64,000 nucleotides of DNA. Origin: Trichosphaerium sp. ATCC 40318. Taxonomy: Eukaryota; Protista; Tubulinea. Under the pieces are notes generated by a model, which was given only the letters and a program-made list of their open reading frames with translations, had not been told where the DNA came from and searched no databases. The position numbers and the translations under genes were made by a program. The stretch lies in NCBI GenBank assembly GCA_038496445.1, contig JALMLS010000446.1:79056-143055 (forward strand), in the 5' to 3' direction. Positions 26,618 to 39,392 of this stretch are shown here, one piece after another; position 1 is the first letter of the stretch; every line of letters starts with the position of its first letter.

Positions 26618-29000
26618 ATGAAACTACTTCTACTTATCGTACTGGTATTATACTCCGGTACAAAAAAAAAACGATCGTACAAAAATTAAAGCCTTACGCC
26701 CTTCTGTTAGGAACTACTTTTGCCCAAGGAGTAGGCATTGACTGTGAGTCTTTCGATTGGACGTCATGGTTGAATGGTTGTAGCGAAGAAATCGCTAGAT
26801 ACTCTAATACAACCCTACAGGTATGTGGTTTACTAGAGTCAATGGTTATACGCCATTAATCTAAGTACCAACCGAGTTTTTTCAAAAAAAACTTCTTGTT
26901 GTTTTTTGACGTCATACTAGCCAGATTCAATTCTTATTGCAGATGGCTTACCCACTCTCGCACCAAATGTTTTCCGTAAAGAAACTAAACGCACTTACGA
27001 AACATCCGATTTTATGATTGAGGAGGGAAGAGTGCCCGGAGTGTGTCCGCCTCTTTCGGAATGCACTGACAGCTTCAGAGACAATGCAGAAACAATTGCT
27101 TATTGTACTTCAAGTACAGCTCTTGCAGAGGCGAAAAGAAGTTTATCAATCGCAAGAGTCGCTGAAGTACCAGTAAAGAGCGTTATTAGATTTCTCCGGG
27201 AACAATGGCACGTGACAAAAAAAAAGGAAAAAAATCCACAAAAAAATCCAAAAATATCCAAAAAAATAACTTTTTTTTTCTAGTTTTCCTTTATACGATA
27301 GAAACTGTGAAATACGTCATTTGTTCAAATTCAGAGTATTCGCAAATTCTGTTATAGAGCATTGCTTTGAACAAGAAAATATCCTCGATGGTGGTGTTTG
27401 CTCAGAGGCATGTGAGCAATCATTTCGCGGACTTGCAAATATGGCAAGAATTTGTGTTCATAGACCTTCTGTACTTTTGACAATGACTCGATTCAGACCA
27501 CTTATTATGAGAAGAAGAGAAGCATGTGAGGTTGAAAATCTATCTGACTGTAGTTCATTATTATGGCGCGTTGGTACACTATTCACAACGTGTTTAAAGA
27601 CTCGTGACACACCAGCAGTACGTAACAGTTCTTGACAATCAAACCAAGTGACAACAACTACTTTGCTAAGTAATCACGTTTTATAATTTAGGTATGTACA
27701 GATGAATGCAGGAATGCTCGTATAGCTTCAAGCAGATACATAAACCACTGTGCAAATGAAAACCCAGGCATGTTGCCTAATGAGAACAGAGCCAGAATCG
27801 TCGAGATCGATGAAGCTTGTGACTTACTGCGTCACGGTGTCATCGAAGTTACAGAAGAGAATGAGGGTAAACATCTAAGAACTGTCACAGCACACCCGAT
27901 CGATTTACCAGGAGTAACATTAGCAGACGTATGTGTGTTTCTGTTTCTTTTTTATAACTTGAAGAAGAAACTGCATTTCATCACTTTTTGGTCTTTCTGA
28001 ACTCTCAATTTCGCCTGTTAATATTATTTGTAGTGTGTAGCCGACGTCAAGAGTGACACAGAGAAAGCTCCGGCTATGACATGTACTTTTGATGGATGTC
28101 AAAGTGGTGCAAAGACAACGATGGAGATGATTTTCGATAGAGTTTCAGATTGCACTGAATCTGATATTGATTCTCCGGATACTTGTGCTTCTCGAGATTT
28201 AATCGCGGATGGATCCGGTGACATTGCCATAGATATGGCTAAAGGAACAGCGAATGCTGATAAGGAAACTGGACGTGACGGTAACGGAACGGAAGTTGTT
28301 TCAAGTGTTCAACAAGTTGTTTTTGATGATGGCTGTACAATTAATTTCAGACAACGCAGTGCCTCTGGTACTGCATATGATGAGTCTGATAATGCTGTTC
28401 TTGGTATTGGCCTTGAAACAACTTTATCAATGGAACAATGCGTTAAAAAAACTAACATAACTTCAACGTACGTAAACAATCATTATCAAACTGTTACAAT
28501 TACATTGCGAAAAAAGGAAAAAAAAAACTTGTGCAATCTAACTTTCGTTTAGGCGTGTTGTTTCAGTTCACGTCCGTTGCGATGGTCAACTAGGATCTCT
28601 AATGGACGACCCAGATAATAGCGACTATAAAATGATGACATGTGGTTGTCATGGCGTCTTCAGAGCTAGAACGACTGGAACTTGTGTTACTTGGGAAGGT
28701 GTTGTTCGTGATATTGCCTACACTCTTAAAGTAGGAACATCTAACCCAGAAGTTGAAGAAAAACATGGCGCTTTAACAGGGAATATGCAGCAAGTTCGTA
28801 TTTTTGCTATTCTTGAAGGAATTCATAATTGTGAGATTCTTGAATGGGATCCATCAATAACAATAGATGATGATAAACTATCCACTATTGATATACCTCC
28901 TTTTTCTCCAATGGCTATTGTACAACCTCCAAGCAGTGTTTACAAATTGAGCGCTTGTTTGATGATCATTATGCTGATGACTATGTTATTATTATTGTAA
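26618..29000 (+). CDS. Secreted/surface Cys-rich protein with C-terminal hydrophobic (GPI/TM) segment
   Basis: Signal MKLLLLIVLVLYSG; Cys-spaced helical repeats (..VCSEAC.., ..CTDECR..); ends LMIIMLMTMLLLL*. Confidence 0.75.
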
Positions 29001-29274
29001 CAGACGACAAGGTAGAATTGTAAAGCGAAAAATAAAATATCGAAATTGTCTTCAACTGCTATTGCTTTCTTCAAAGAACAGCTTAGTTTAAAAATAGAAC
29101 GCTCTCCAAAAGGTAACCAACTATTTAATTGACCCAGACTTGTGCCCTGCACAACAGGCAGATAGTATACTATACTGGCTTAACTTCAGCAAGAGGCATA
29201 AGGCATCAGATAATCGGTTTCATGGAACGTTGGTGCGTTAAGCTAAAATAGAGGCACAATTATAATATCACCTA

Positions 29275-30005
29275 ATGATAACCACAAACAGTAACGCGCA
29301 AGCAATTAAGGGCGTAGTAGTAGGAGATGTCGCTGTCGGTAAAACATGCCTTTTAATTTCATACACTTCAAATGCGTTCCCTTGTGAATATACACCAAAC
29401 GTACGTACTGTTGGTGTATATGCTATTTAACCTATTTATGATCCTATTCTAACCAAAAGTCAGGTTTTTGGCAATTACAACGCAAATATAACAGTAGACA
29501 ATACGCCAATCAAACTCGGACTTTGGGATATAAGCCGAGAAGAGACTGATCGTACACGCCCAATAACATACCCACAAACGGATGTTTTCTTGGCATGCTT
29601 TTCTATTGTCTCCCCGTCATCGTTTAACAACATAAGCGAAAAGGTATTCAAAAGCGACAAACATGTTAACATTTTGATGTCCTGATCCGCTTGCAAACAT
29701 TTGTCTTACGAAACCTTTAGTGGATCCCTGAACTATCGCTTCACTGCCCTAAGGTTCCTGTGGTTCTCGTTGGCACTAAACTAGACCTACGAGATAACGA
29801 AGAAGCAAAACGAATACTAGCAAATAAGAAACAAGCGCCAATAACATACGAACAAGGTCTTTCATTGTTGAAAGAGATTGGCGGAACAAAATACATTGAA
29901 TGCTCAGCGTTAACACTACAAGGTATCAAACACGTATTTGATGAGGCAGTACGAGCGGTTATAAGCCCAAAGAAGACAAATAAGAATAACTGCATAATAT
30001 TATAA
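29275..30005 (+). CDS. Atypical Rho-family (Rac-like) small GTPase, 3 exons
   Basis: [52 protein letters not shown]; introns 29401-29463 and 29644-29720. Confidence 0.93.
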
Positions 30006-30394
30006 ACGCGCTGCCTTCGCGGTGTATCAATAGGAAAATATTTTTGGCGAAATGTGAAAAAAACAAGAAAGACAACCATGTACTACAAAAAAGAAACAAA
30101 ATCAAAATCTTATCCAAAAAAAAAAAAGTTTCTATTTTTTGCACGTGTCATAGATAACAGAATCCCAATTTGTTGCTCCTATTATGATAGAAAAACATTA
30201 TTCTTGCTTGTAGCATTATTTTGGAGTAATGAAGTGGTTGGTTAACACCAACAGTTCGATCTTCTAAAAAAATTTTCTTCATTGCATTTTTTTGTCATTT
30301 GACATGTGTCACAATTAATAGGTTTAGTTACAAATACATTAAGCTCTTCGCAAAGGAGTACTATTAGCTTCAGAGTGTTGTGGTTTTTTGGCGC

Positions 30395-30911
30395 TTATTT
30401 TTTCGCTATTTTTTTTGATGCCTCTTTAGATGCAGCTCTTACACTTCTCCTTGGACCCTTTTTCTTTGGTGAGGCTTTTGAGACGCTACTTTTTCTTTTC
30501 CCAACTGTCTTTCGTGGAGCCTTTCGTGGAGTCTTTTTTGGCGTTCTTTTCGTAGGTTTAGTTACTTTACGCACTATAGGCGCTTCAGAGCGCCTTCGCG
30601 ACGTTTTTGACGAACCGCGTTTTGCTCTTATTGCCTCTCTTTTTAGTACTGACCCTCGCTGTAGCTTATCCCTTAATTCGTTAATCTCTTCCTACGCCAA
30701 TGTTAACAACTAAAAACAACATCTGTAACCGACATACGTCCAATTTTTCTTTCTCATCTTTCAGCGCCTTCGTTGCCTCTTTTTCGCTTTCTACTGTTTC
30801 TTTTAGGTCTAAACACTCTTCATCGTCTTGTAACTCGTCTTCAGGGTCAAAAATATCGTATTCTTTGTATTTCTCATGAGAGACGCCTAGGCGCTCTTCA
30901 GGTGTTGCCAT
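30395..30911 (-). CDS. Small protein: acidic coiled-coil N-terminus plus histone-H1-like basic tail
   Basis: ORF 30681-30911 spliced to an exon with KPTKRTPKKTPRKAPRK...SPKKKGPRR...KKIAKK*. Confidence 0.7.
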
Positions 30912-30933
30912 TCACTCAAATTCAAGCTGTCCC

Positions 30934-33282
30934 ATGTTAAGGTGCGAGTTGAGCTTAATTCCGGCGCGAACGATTGTAGAAGCCAAGCTTCTTACGCTAC
31001 AGTTGTGCTACGACTGTGCCATAGCGTCTGAGTGACGAAAAAGACATGTGGCTCGAACAAATAGAACAACTTTAGGCAAATACGTTATTGCTCATGTCTG
31101 TACCACTGCGTAAGGCATTACACTATCCCAGTGTACGAAATACTAGCGTTGGTTACTCAACAGAATTACATCCAACATTTACAACCATCAAAGAGCTTGA
31201 AAAGGCAAAAAAGCGCGTCAAAAGGCACGTAATAAGCAACTAGTACCTATTAACCGAAAAAAGAGCTACTGTACCAGATTGGACCTCCAGAGCTTATCAA
31301 TTGGCCAAATTAGATGATATCAGTCACGCGTGTAATATAAAACAGCTCTCTGGATGGTATGCTCTTGGATATGATGACTTTGTAGAGCATGGTGCATCAG
31401 GCTTGCTGTACGGATCAAACAATGGTGTTTACCTTACAAGTCTAGCTACCACTTTTCAAACTCGGTGTCAGGCTGTCTAATGGAGCTATATCCACACTAC
31501 AACTGGAAACCTTGGAGGTTCTCGTAAGTCAATAATCACGTGGTTTTATTCTCTTACTTGGTTGACATAGTTCAGCACCTCGACGTTTTTGGAAAGACAA
31601 AAATAATCAAAGGACACTTTTCAACGAAATTGGCAAAGCTATTAACGTTAAGTGTCTTGATGATTGGAATTGTGTTAGTATAGGTAGTCTTATATCTCGT
31701 GGAGCAAATGGAGTATTGTAAGGCTCAGCTATCATACCTGATGTGCCTATTACTTATATTCATTTTAACTTGTAGATTCTATTACAAAGGAGGTATAGTA
31801 GAGTGTTTGGATGCCTTGTACCCGAATCATTCTTTTAATTATGTTGGCGATAGCCCGGAAGCGTTTATAGGGTTACATAAATTGCGTAATGGCGCTCGAA
31901 CCGAACGAGAGTATGCTGTGAAATCCTTTTTTTTGTCTAATCACTTTATTGATAGAAATGAACCTGAACCTTTTTGGCAAACTTCTGATCGTTATCAAAT
32001 CAATTTGTGCGAAAAGGAATTAGAATTAAAAACTCTGGATGATTGGTATCATGTAAACGTACGAGAAATTCGTATGCGTGCCAGTACAGCTGTTACAAGG
32101 TAAGTAACAAAAACTCCTACAATTTTGTCCTTTTTTTTTTTCGATTTTAAACACGTTCTCGAGAACCTTCTCGTGTCCGTCAACTCCTGTATTTGAAATT
32201 AAGACTTATATTCATTCAGTGTAATGCTGGAAAACTGATTTTTTTTGTATTCTAGGATCAAGTCTATACCAAAACTTCTGAGTACTGTTTATCCTGATTA
32301 TAGTTGGGATTTAAATTCTTTTTATTGGCGTAATAAAGGTAAATTCAGTAATAAAGACAAGCGGCTGGATTTCCTTTTTAAGGTTCGTGATACTCTTGAT
32401 ATTACAAATCCTACAGCATGGTATGTTACTTGTTGATCATCGCTTGTTTTTTTGTTAACGATTTTAAAGGTATCGTGTTGCTGCAGAGCAACTTGGTAAG
32501 CTTGGTGGACATGGAATACTTGAACACTGGCCACAAGTTCTCTCCCTTGTTGATCCGAATTTTGACTGGAAGTGGGATAGATTTGTGTGGCGTGGAAAAC
32601 ATGCGAAGCAATGGTTCGTATTAGGAAATGTTTTTTTTACTATTGACATGTCATTTTAATGCTTGTTTAGGGCACTTCTTCAGTGTGTTAGAAATATATT
32701 TCCAGATAAAACAATCACAGAAGAACATAACGTTGGTAACAGTCTAAGCGATTTTGATGCTATAACTGTTGATATTTTCGTTCATGAGCTGAACCTTGCT
32801 ATTGAATATCAAGGTAATTACATCCTTTTTTATTGGATATTTTTTTCACTTCTGTGTTTTACACCATAAGTTTATGCTTCTAATATGTGCGTTGTTTAGG
32901 TGAACAACATTACACAGATCGGATATTTTCTGGTCATTTTTCGGCTGCACAAACTACTAGAGATGTTCAAAAAATTGCTTTGTGTAAGGAAGCAGGGATT
33001 TGCTTGGTTCCTATTTCTTATTCTTGGTCCCTTGATGAACCTACAATTATAGCAACTATAAAACACTATTATCCAGATATAGATATTAAAGTACCTTCGG
33101 GAGCTCGACCATTGCTTGATTCATCAATACCTGATGGCAGTACGCAAACGGTTTTTTTCTTCTTTTTTTCGTTTTGTTGAAACAACTTGCACAACTTGTC
33201 CAGTTTGACTTGATTCATATCTATTCTGAAATTGCATGTAGGTGTAAATTTGATGGGTGCTCAAGAGATAGTAGCTATGTGA
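30934..33282 (+). CDS. Trp-rich helical-repeat protein with C-terminal RAP/Vsr-like PD-(D/E)XK domain, paralog A
   Basis: Repeats such as RRFWKDKNNQRTLFNEIGKAINVKCLDDW...YYKGGIVECLDALYP. C-terminal VDIFVHELNLAIEYQGEQHY...RDVQKIALCKEAGICLVPISYSW. Start is 30934 (tentative) or 31094. Confidence 0.8.
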
Positions 33283-33579
33283 GGGGGAAATAAAAGGTCA
33301 TAAACAAACAATACAAGCGAACAAATAAAACAATGTAAAAAAGGTAATCAAAAAAAACAAGAATCCATCTGCTATGCTACCCCAACGTCTTAAGTAAAAC
33401 ATTTTATTTTGTTCCAAACCCACACGCTGTTTCTGGACACGCTTGGTAAGTTGTAACACTTTGTACACATTTTCCTACCTTGATAAAGTGTCAACATCTT
33501 TCAAGCCATTTTAAGAAGTTCGTTGTTCTAATGCACGCCATAGTATCACTTTAGTGTTATCGTGAACAAAGGAAACGCC

Positions 33580-36198
33580 ATGAATAGTTATTTTATCCCT
33601 TTGTGTGTTCTGCTAGTGCTTTCTTTCTCATCCACTGGCTTTGGTATATGCGTACCTTATGTTTTAAATGTAACAGGGTCACCTCAACGGTAAGTTGTTC
33701 AAAAGTTCATTGGGTATCTCTACATGCGTCTTTTGGCTCTGTTTCGACGTTCTAACGCAGTCTTCAGGTGTGATGATGTAGTAGAAAGCTCTACATTAGT
33801 TTATTTACCAGATAATACCACACAGGCGCAAGTACAAGCGTAAGTGCTCGTTTTTAGCTCAAAAGCAAAAAATAGAGAATGTTTTGACTCTACAAGCATT
33901 GATTATCAGTTAAATTCATGAACAGACTGGAAAACAATTTCTTTATCATGTTTACAATACTTCTATTACGAATTTTTAACACAGAGAGGTGTTTGGGCAA
34001 CTTTACTTTTTTGGAAAATCTGTTTTAAGTGAATATGTTCTATAGAAAGCAGTTTTCTTTTTTTGACACTGTTGTAGGGATATTGATATTGCTTTACCTG
34101 GTATAGATGTTTTAGATGACGTAGGTGGATCATCTTGTAAAGATTCTATTGTTCTTTACGCTTGTCAAGCGGGTTTCAAGAGGTGTAATGATTCATTTCC
34201 GGATGGTGTTGTTTTACCTTGTTTTGACACTTGTGAAAACATCGGCATTCAATGTGAACAATTCTTGGCGTTCACATCTCTACAGCTTCCTGATTGTACA
34301 AATAGAACCCTTGTTTCTCTAGATTGTAATGCCACACGTGATAATAACGTAACAGGTAAACGTGCAAAGAATTTACAAGATCGGACTTGATACCAATCTC
34401 ATTTTTGTTTTAGCTGATACGTTAATTTGTCCTGCTGGACTTTTTCGCGATGTTGAGAGTGCCACTCTACGAACTTGTGCGCGTTTTTATAATTTAGACG
34501 TTCATCTTATTGTTTTCTAGATGAGGGCCCATGCTGGGCGTGTCCGGCTCCTGTGTTTTCAGGTACATTGCCTGTGAGTACATTTTTCATTAATAATCCG
34601 TAAGATACTTCAACTCTTGTTATCAAGTACTTCTCTATTGCCGTGGGATGTAGTGGAATGATACTGTCAGCTTTTTGTTTAATTGTCTTCTTGGGAAACC
34701 CATTGTACGTTAAATTGAATCATTGTCATCAAAGTAACTTTTGTTTTTGTAGGTTCAGAACATTTCAAACGCAATACTTCAGTATTCTCTGCGTTGACTC
34801 CTTTGTTACTGGCATGTGTCTATTTATCACATCTCTTTCCCCTGAATTCTTCACATGCGAGAATGAATCTCGTATGGCTCATTCATGGCACGTGCCATGC
34901 ACCATCCAAGGTATTACCAACCTGGTGGTCATAAGATTTACAAATTTGTTTTGTTCTTTAGGTTTTATTTTCTTGTTTGCTGGAAATCAATTGGTATTGT
35001 GCTGGCTTTTGATGGCACTAAATAGTGCATACATTAAGTATAGAGGCATTAAACTTGTTGGTGGGTATCCGAGACATTATAAAATAGTACGTAACATGCA
35101 TAGTAGTATGGAAAAGAGTCAGTTCTTCTGATACCGTTGTAGTTTGTTTACACTGTTTTATGGGCTGTGCCTGCAATTATAACAGTTGCTGCTCTTGTTA
35201 GTGGTCAAATAACGGCACTCCCTGGTTTTAACTTTTGCTTTGGTACATCACAAGCACATTAAAATCGATTTTATGCTAACTTAATTTACCTAAGTCACAA
35301 TCAATAATAGATGGTCTCAGTGGGTATTCTTTTTTGGTCCTATGATACCTTGTTCAGTTGTCGCTATTTCTAGCTTCTTGTTTTTGGTATATCACTTATG
35401 CACGAATGATACGGTAAGCGCAATTTCCATACAAACATTCCTGGCTTGGTTTGTTTTAAGTTGGTTTTTTAAACTGACTTAACTTTTCATGAAAGGTTGC
35501 TACTGCTGAAGATTTAAAAAGAAAGCGCACTAGGGCTCTTGTTATTTCTCATGTTGTGATATACTGGCTTGTGATTATATATATATTTACGTATGTTTGT
35601 TGACTTGCTGTAGTTGTTTTTTCAGTATTTTTTTTGTTTCTTGTTTTTTTCTTATAAGTGTTAACTATGCGTAGGTATCGTATTTATATTGAACTTGAAC
35701 TAGCAGACACCGAGAATCAATATCTCGAGTGTCTTCAACTAGAAGCAGACATTACAAAATGCTTTCAGATTAATGAACTCAATGTTACAGCAACTGTTAT
35801 TTTCATCTTTTGCATAGGAGGTAAACCTTTGTTTTTTTTCTTTCTTTGCTTGCTCACTTTTGAGATCACGTGTTTGGCGAATTATCTTTCTAACAAAAGA
35901 GAGCTAATTTATTTGTATAAAGGTACTGGTGTCGTTATATTTATTGCTTTCATGTGCATGCAGTACGTACAACAATAAGAAAGCTAACAAACATAGACTT
36001 TTCCTTTTTCTTTATTAGGTACTTACTTATTTTTCTAGCTCATTTCGTGCAATGGTGAAAGGTTATTTCTCAAAAGTATGGCCTAATAGTACATCTTCAA
36101 ACACGGCCACCTTATCTAAAAATATAACTTATCCATCAAACGGTGAAGAAGAATATACACTAAATTCATCTTTCAAGAAACAAAACAATAATGTATAA
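33580..36198 (+). CDS. Frizzled/Smoothened-like GPCR (signal peptide, CRD, 7TM), paralog 1
   Basis: CRD SCKDSIVLYACQAGFKRCNDSFPDGVVLPCFDTCENIGIQCEQFL; linker CWACPAPVF; TM region CENESRMAHSWHVPCTIQG...CWLLMALN. Confidence 0.85.
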
Positions 36199-37089
36199 CT
36201 AACCTTTCCTCATTGTAAATTACAACTTAAAATCCTAAGTACACGGGTCACAGCAAAGTGATAATAAACCATGTGTCTGATTAACAAGGATGCACTTACT
36301 GTGACCAACACCTCTTTCTTAAATGTGCTAATTGTGCATTGCAGTTATATTTTCTAGTGCTGACAACAAACTCAATTGAGCTTCCCAGCTTTTCTACAAA
36401 CTGCGTTCAACCAGGTAGCACTGTTCGCTTTCAATCCAGCCAAGTCGCCTACCTTAGCTCACAAAATGTCTGTCCTAGGTTGTAACACGAACATCGGCAT
36501 GTTTCTTTGACCATAAATAATATCAAATATTTGACTCGCTTGTAAAAAAATTGGTATTCTATTCATTTATAACATTGCTAGTTTACGAGGCCTGCTTGGG
36601 TAGTCTTCGCTAATATATTGGTAGCATGTAGAAGTCATTGATATGAGATCTGGCCTATTTCTACAACAGCTCAATTACTCGTGTGCTACAGTAAAATTCA
36701 AATCGATCAAAAAATAATTGGTATACATGCAACTTACCACTCATTGTAGCCTTTCGCACATGCAGTCTATTTCTTTCATATAATAAACTTCCTTTAGGCC
36801 CTTGCACATAGGGTTCTTGCCTAGCTTTAAAGTATGACATCCGGCCTTACTACCTAAATAGAATAGTTATAAACCGGCTTCTACATCAGAACTCACGTAC
36901 AAAAGGGAAAAACAGACAGACTTTTTGAAATGTTGTCCAGCAACTTGGTTCCCTTAATAACCCCTCATTATGTACGTTTACAGCGCGTGTATTGTTGCAG
37001 GTGACATAAAATTATGGGAACCACCTAGAAGAGTAATTAAACAACATCGACTGATTTAAAAACCAAAACAACAAAAATAGTTTTCTTAG

Positions 37090-39220
37090 CGCAAAACAAC
37101 CCCTAGATTTAACAACCGGTATGGAAAAGCTTTTACAAAACTAGCACAATGTGTGTAAATAAAGAGGCAAAAAGACTTTGCATGTAAGGTTAGGAAACCA
37201 AAAACATTTCTTCGTACTACTTTGTATCATTTTTACATTCTCCAACCGTTTGTTGTGTTCAGTAGTTTCAGGCATGACTATCAATGGTTTTGTGTTTGGA
37301 TCATATCTAATACCCACATCGCGTCGATGGTGATATATAGTAGCAGATAATGACTTATCATCTCCTGGAACCCACCAATAAGGAACAGCAACAACTGTAA
37401 TACCTTACAGAGGAAAGTCAGCAAATGCACTTTTTGATTTTTGCGTACCTAATTGACCACATAGATGATCCTTTTCGTGGTCTCTGGCAGCGTATATATT
37501 CACCGGAAGACTGTGTTTTAAAAGATCGTGGAAGTGATGCTCACCTTTTACTTGTCAACCAAAAAAAACCACGAATTTGGAAAAAAAAGTACCTTGATAC
37601 TCGATGGCGAGATTGTATCGTGGTACGAATATATCAACGGAAATTTGAGTTCCAGATGAGTCTCTCACATCTATAGGATGCTCCTCTTCAACAACATCAA
37701 GTGGATACAACCGTTTTACTGCTTTAAAAAGTTCCCTGTAGTTCTGTTTAAAATCTGAAATAATTTAAAAAGAAGAGAAACTACCTTTGTACAGCTTTCT
37801 TTCGTGAGCTCTGGTTCCGCTTTAACTTTGTTTTGGGGTACCATATAGGTAACACCTTAGCAAAATTATACTTAAAAGAAGAACCACCAAGGGCATGAAG
37901 TTGGGGCATTGATGTCCGCATCCTATTTAAAGAAGCTAAGCAAGACTTTCTTTTCTTTTTTTGGTCACTACTATGCATCCCGTACCAGTCTTGTGGGCCT
38001 CCCATATTCATACTTCGTTCCATATCTCTAAGAACAGAAGCTACTTTTTCTGTATCACTCCAGAATCCTCTAGGCTTGTTCTTTTTCTGCCTTTAAAAAA
38101 ACAACTTAAGTCAATAATATTATTTCCTTTTAAAGAAGCCTTACTTAAACACAAATAACGTATCGTCCCACGTGTGGTTAGCATAAATATCCATGACTGC
38201 TCTAGAAAGCACATTCGAGTATCTTACAACGAACCATTAGCAACAAAACTAGAAAATGTCTTCTAAAAGCTAAAGACTTACATAGCCATAATACTATTTG
38301 CTTTTCCGTTCATGTCTATGCTCTTCATAGAGTACCAATCATCAAGACACTTCATCTCAAATTCCTCTGCAATCTCATTAAACTTTCCTACTTGTATCTC
38401 TTTTTTCAACCAGTATCTCATTGGAGAGCACCTGGGGTTGATCAGTCAACGAGAATTTCTTTTCAAAAAAAAAGAAAGAAACAAATGTGTCGCACTTGAA
38501 CTTCTCTACATTCCATTCTCGCTCTGGATATATTTCTTTTAATGTTGAAGACAAGGAACTATCATACCTAGCATAATAGTGAGACGCTGTAGAGAGAAAT
38601 AACGAAGCTCCATAGTTAACCGAAGAATGACATAATACGTACCTACACAGTAACGTTTTACCACCTAGTTTTATAATGTGACTTGCAGTGATGCTGTACC
38701 AATCGTTCCAGTGATTGAACTTCAATTCTTCATACACAAAGTCCATGAAACGTCTTTGGTTTTTCATGTCACCCCAAAAACTAGAGGGAGCTGTTCTAAT
38801 GGCGATTCAATAAGAACCACGCGTTGTGGTTACTTTTTGCGTACAAAAACTTCCACCCGTGCCATTTGTACTGAGGATACAGCGTTTTTACCGTTTCAAA
38901 CAGTGAGCCATACCTGCATAGCGTTAATAATAACAATACGCGCTACTTGAGGGTATTTGGGTCTGTTTTCCCACAAATGTCAACTGCTATTTACTTTTCT
39001 ATTATTCTACGCGCACTACCCCATTTTACGTCCGCCGGCGATACATTATACCAATCTCTAACAGTCCGTACTTTTAACACTTCTCCAACCTTCTCAAACC
39101 ATGTTCTTTCGTAGCTTTAAACGTATGAGATACTAATTACGCTGTGTTAACGTACTTTGGAGAATCTGGTCTATTAAAATAACCAGATGGGTTAGAATAC
39201 GCTCTAATGGTAGCACGCAT
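37090..39220 (-). CDS. Trp-rich helical-repeat protein with C-terminal RAP/Vsr-like PD-(D/E)XK domain, paralog B
   Basis: Four repeats, e.g. PSSFWGDMKNQRRFMDFVYEELKFNHWNDWYSITASHIIKLGGKTLLCRYDSSLSSTLKEIYPEREWNVEKF. C-terminal VDIFVPRYNLAIEYQGEHHF...RDHEKDHLCGQLGITVVAVPYWW. Both ends are approximate. Confidence 0.8.
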
Positions 39221-39392
39221 ATGCGTAAACAGTAATATGTGCTGTGGCTTTAAGCACGAATGTCTTAAGCTACCCTTCGAGATGGTTGTTTTTACATAAT
39301 GACTTCACGTGTTTGCAAGGCTATTTATTTCTTTCGCTATATGACACCTCATTTTGGTCAAAGTGAAGTACAACACCTTTGCTAAATTTGTC

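Noticed and set aside
36440-37080. Possible degenerate DNA-ligase-like tail extending repeat-nuclease paralog B
   Set aside because: Only vague motif resemblance; no stop-free spliced frame could be built.
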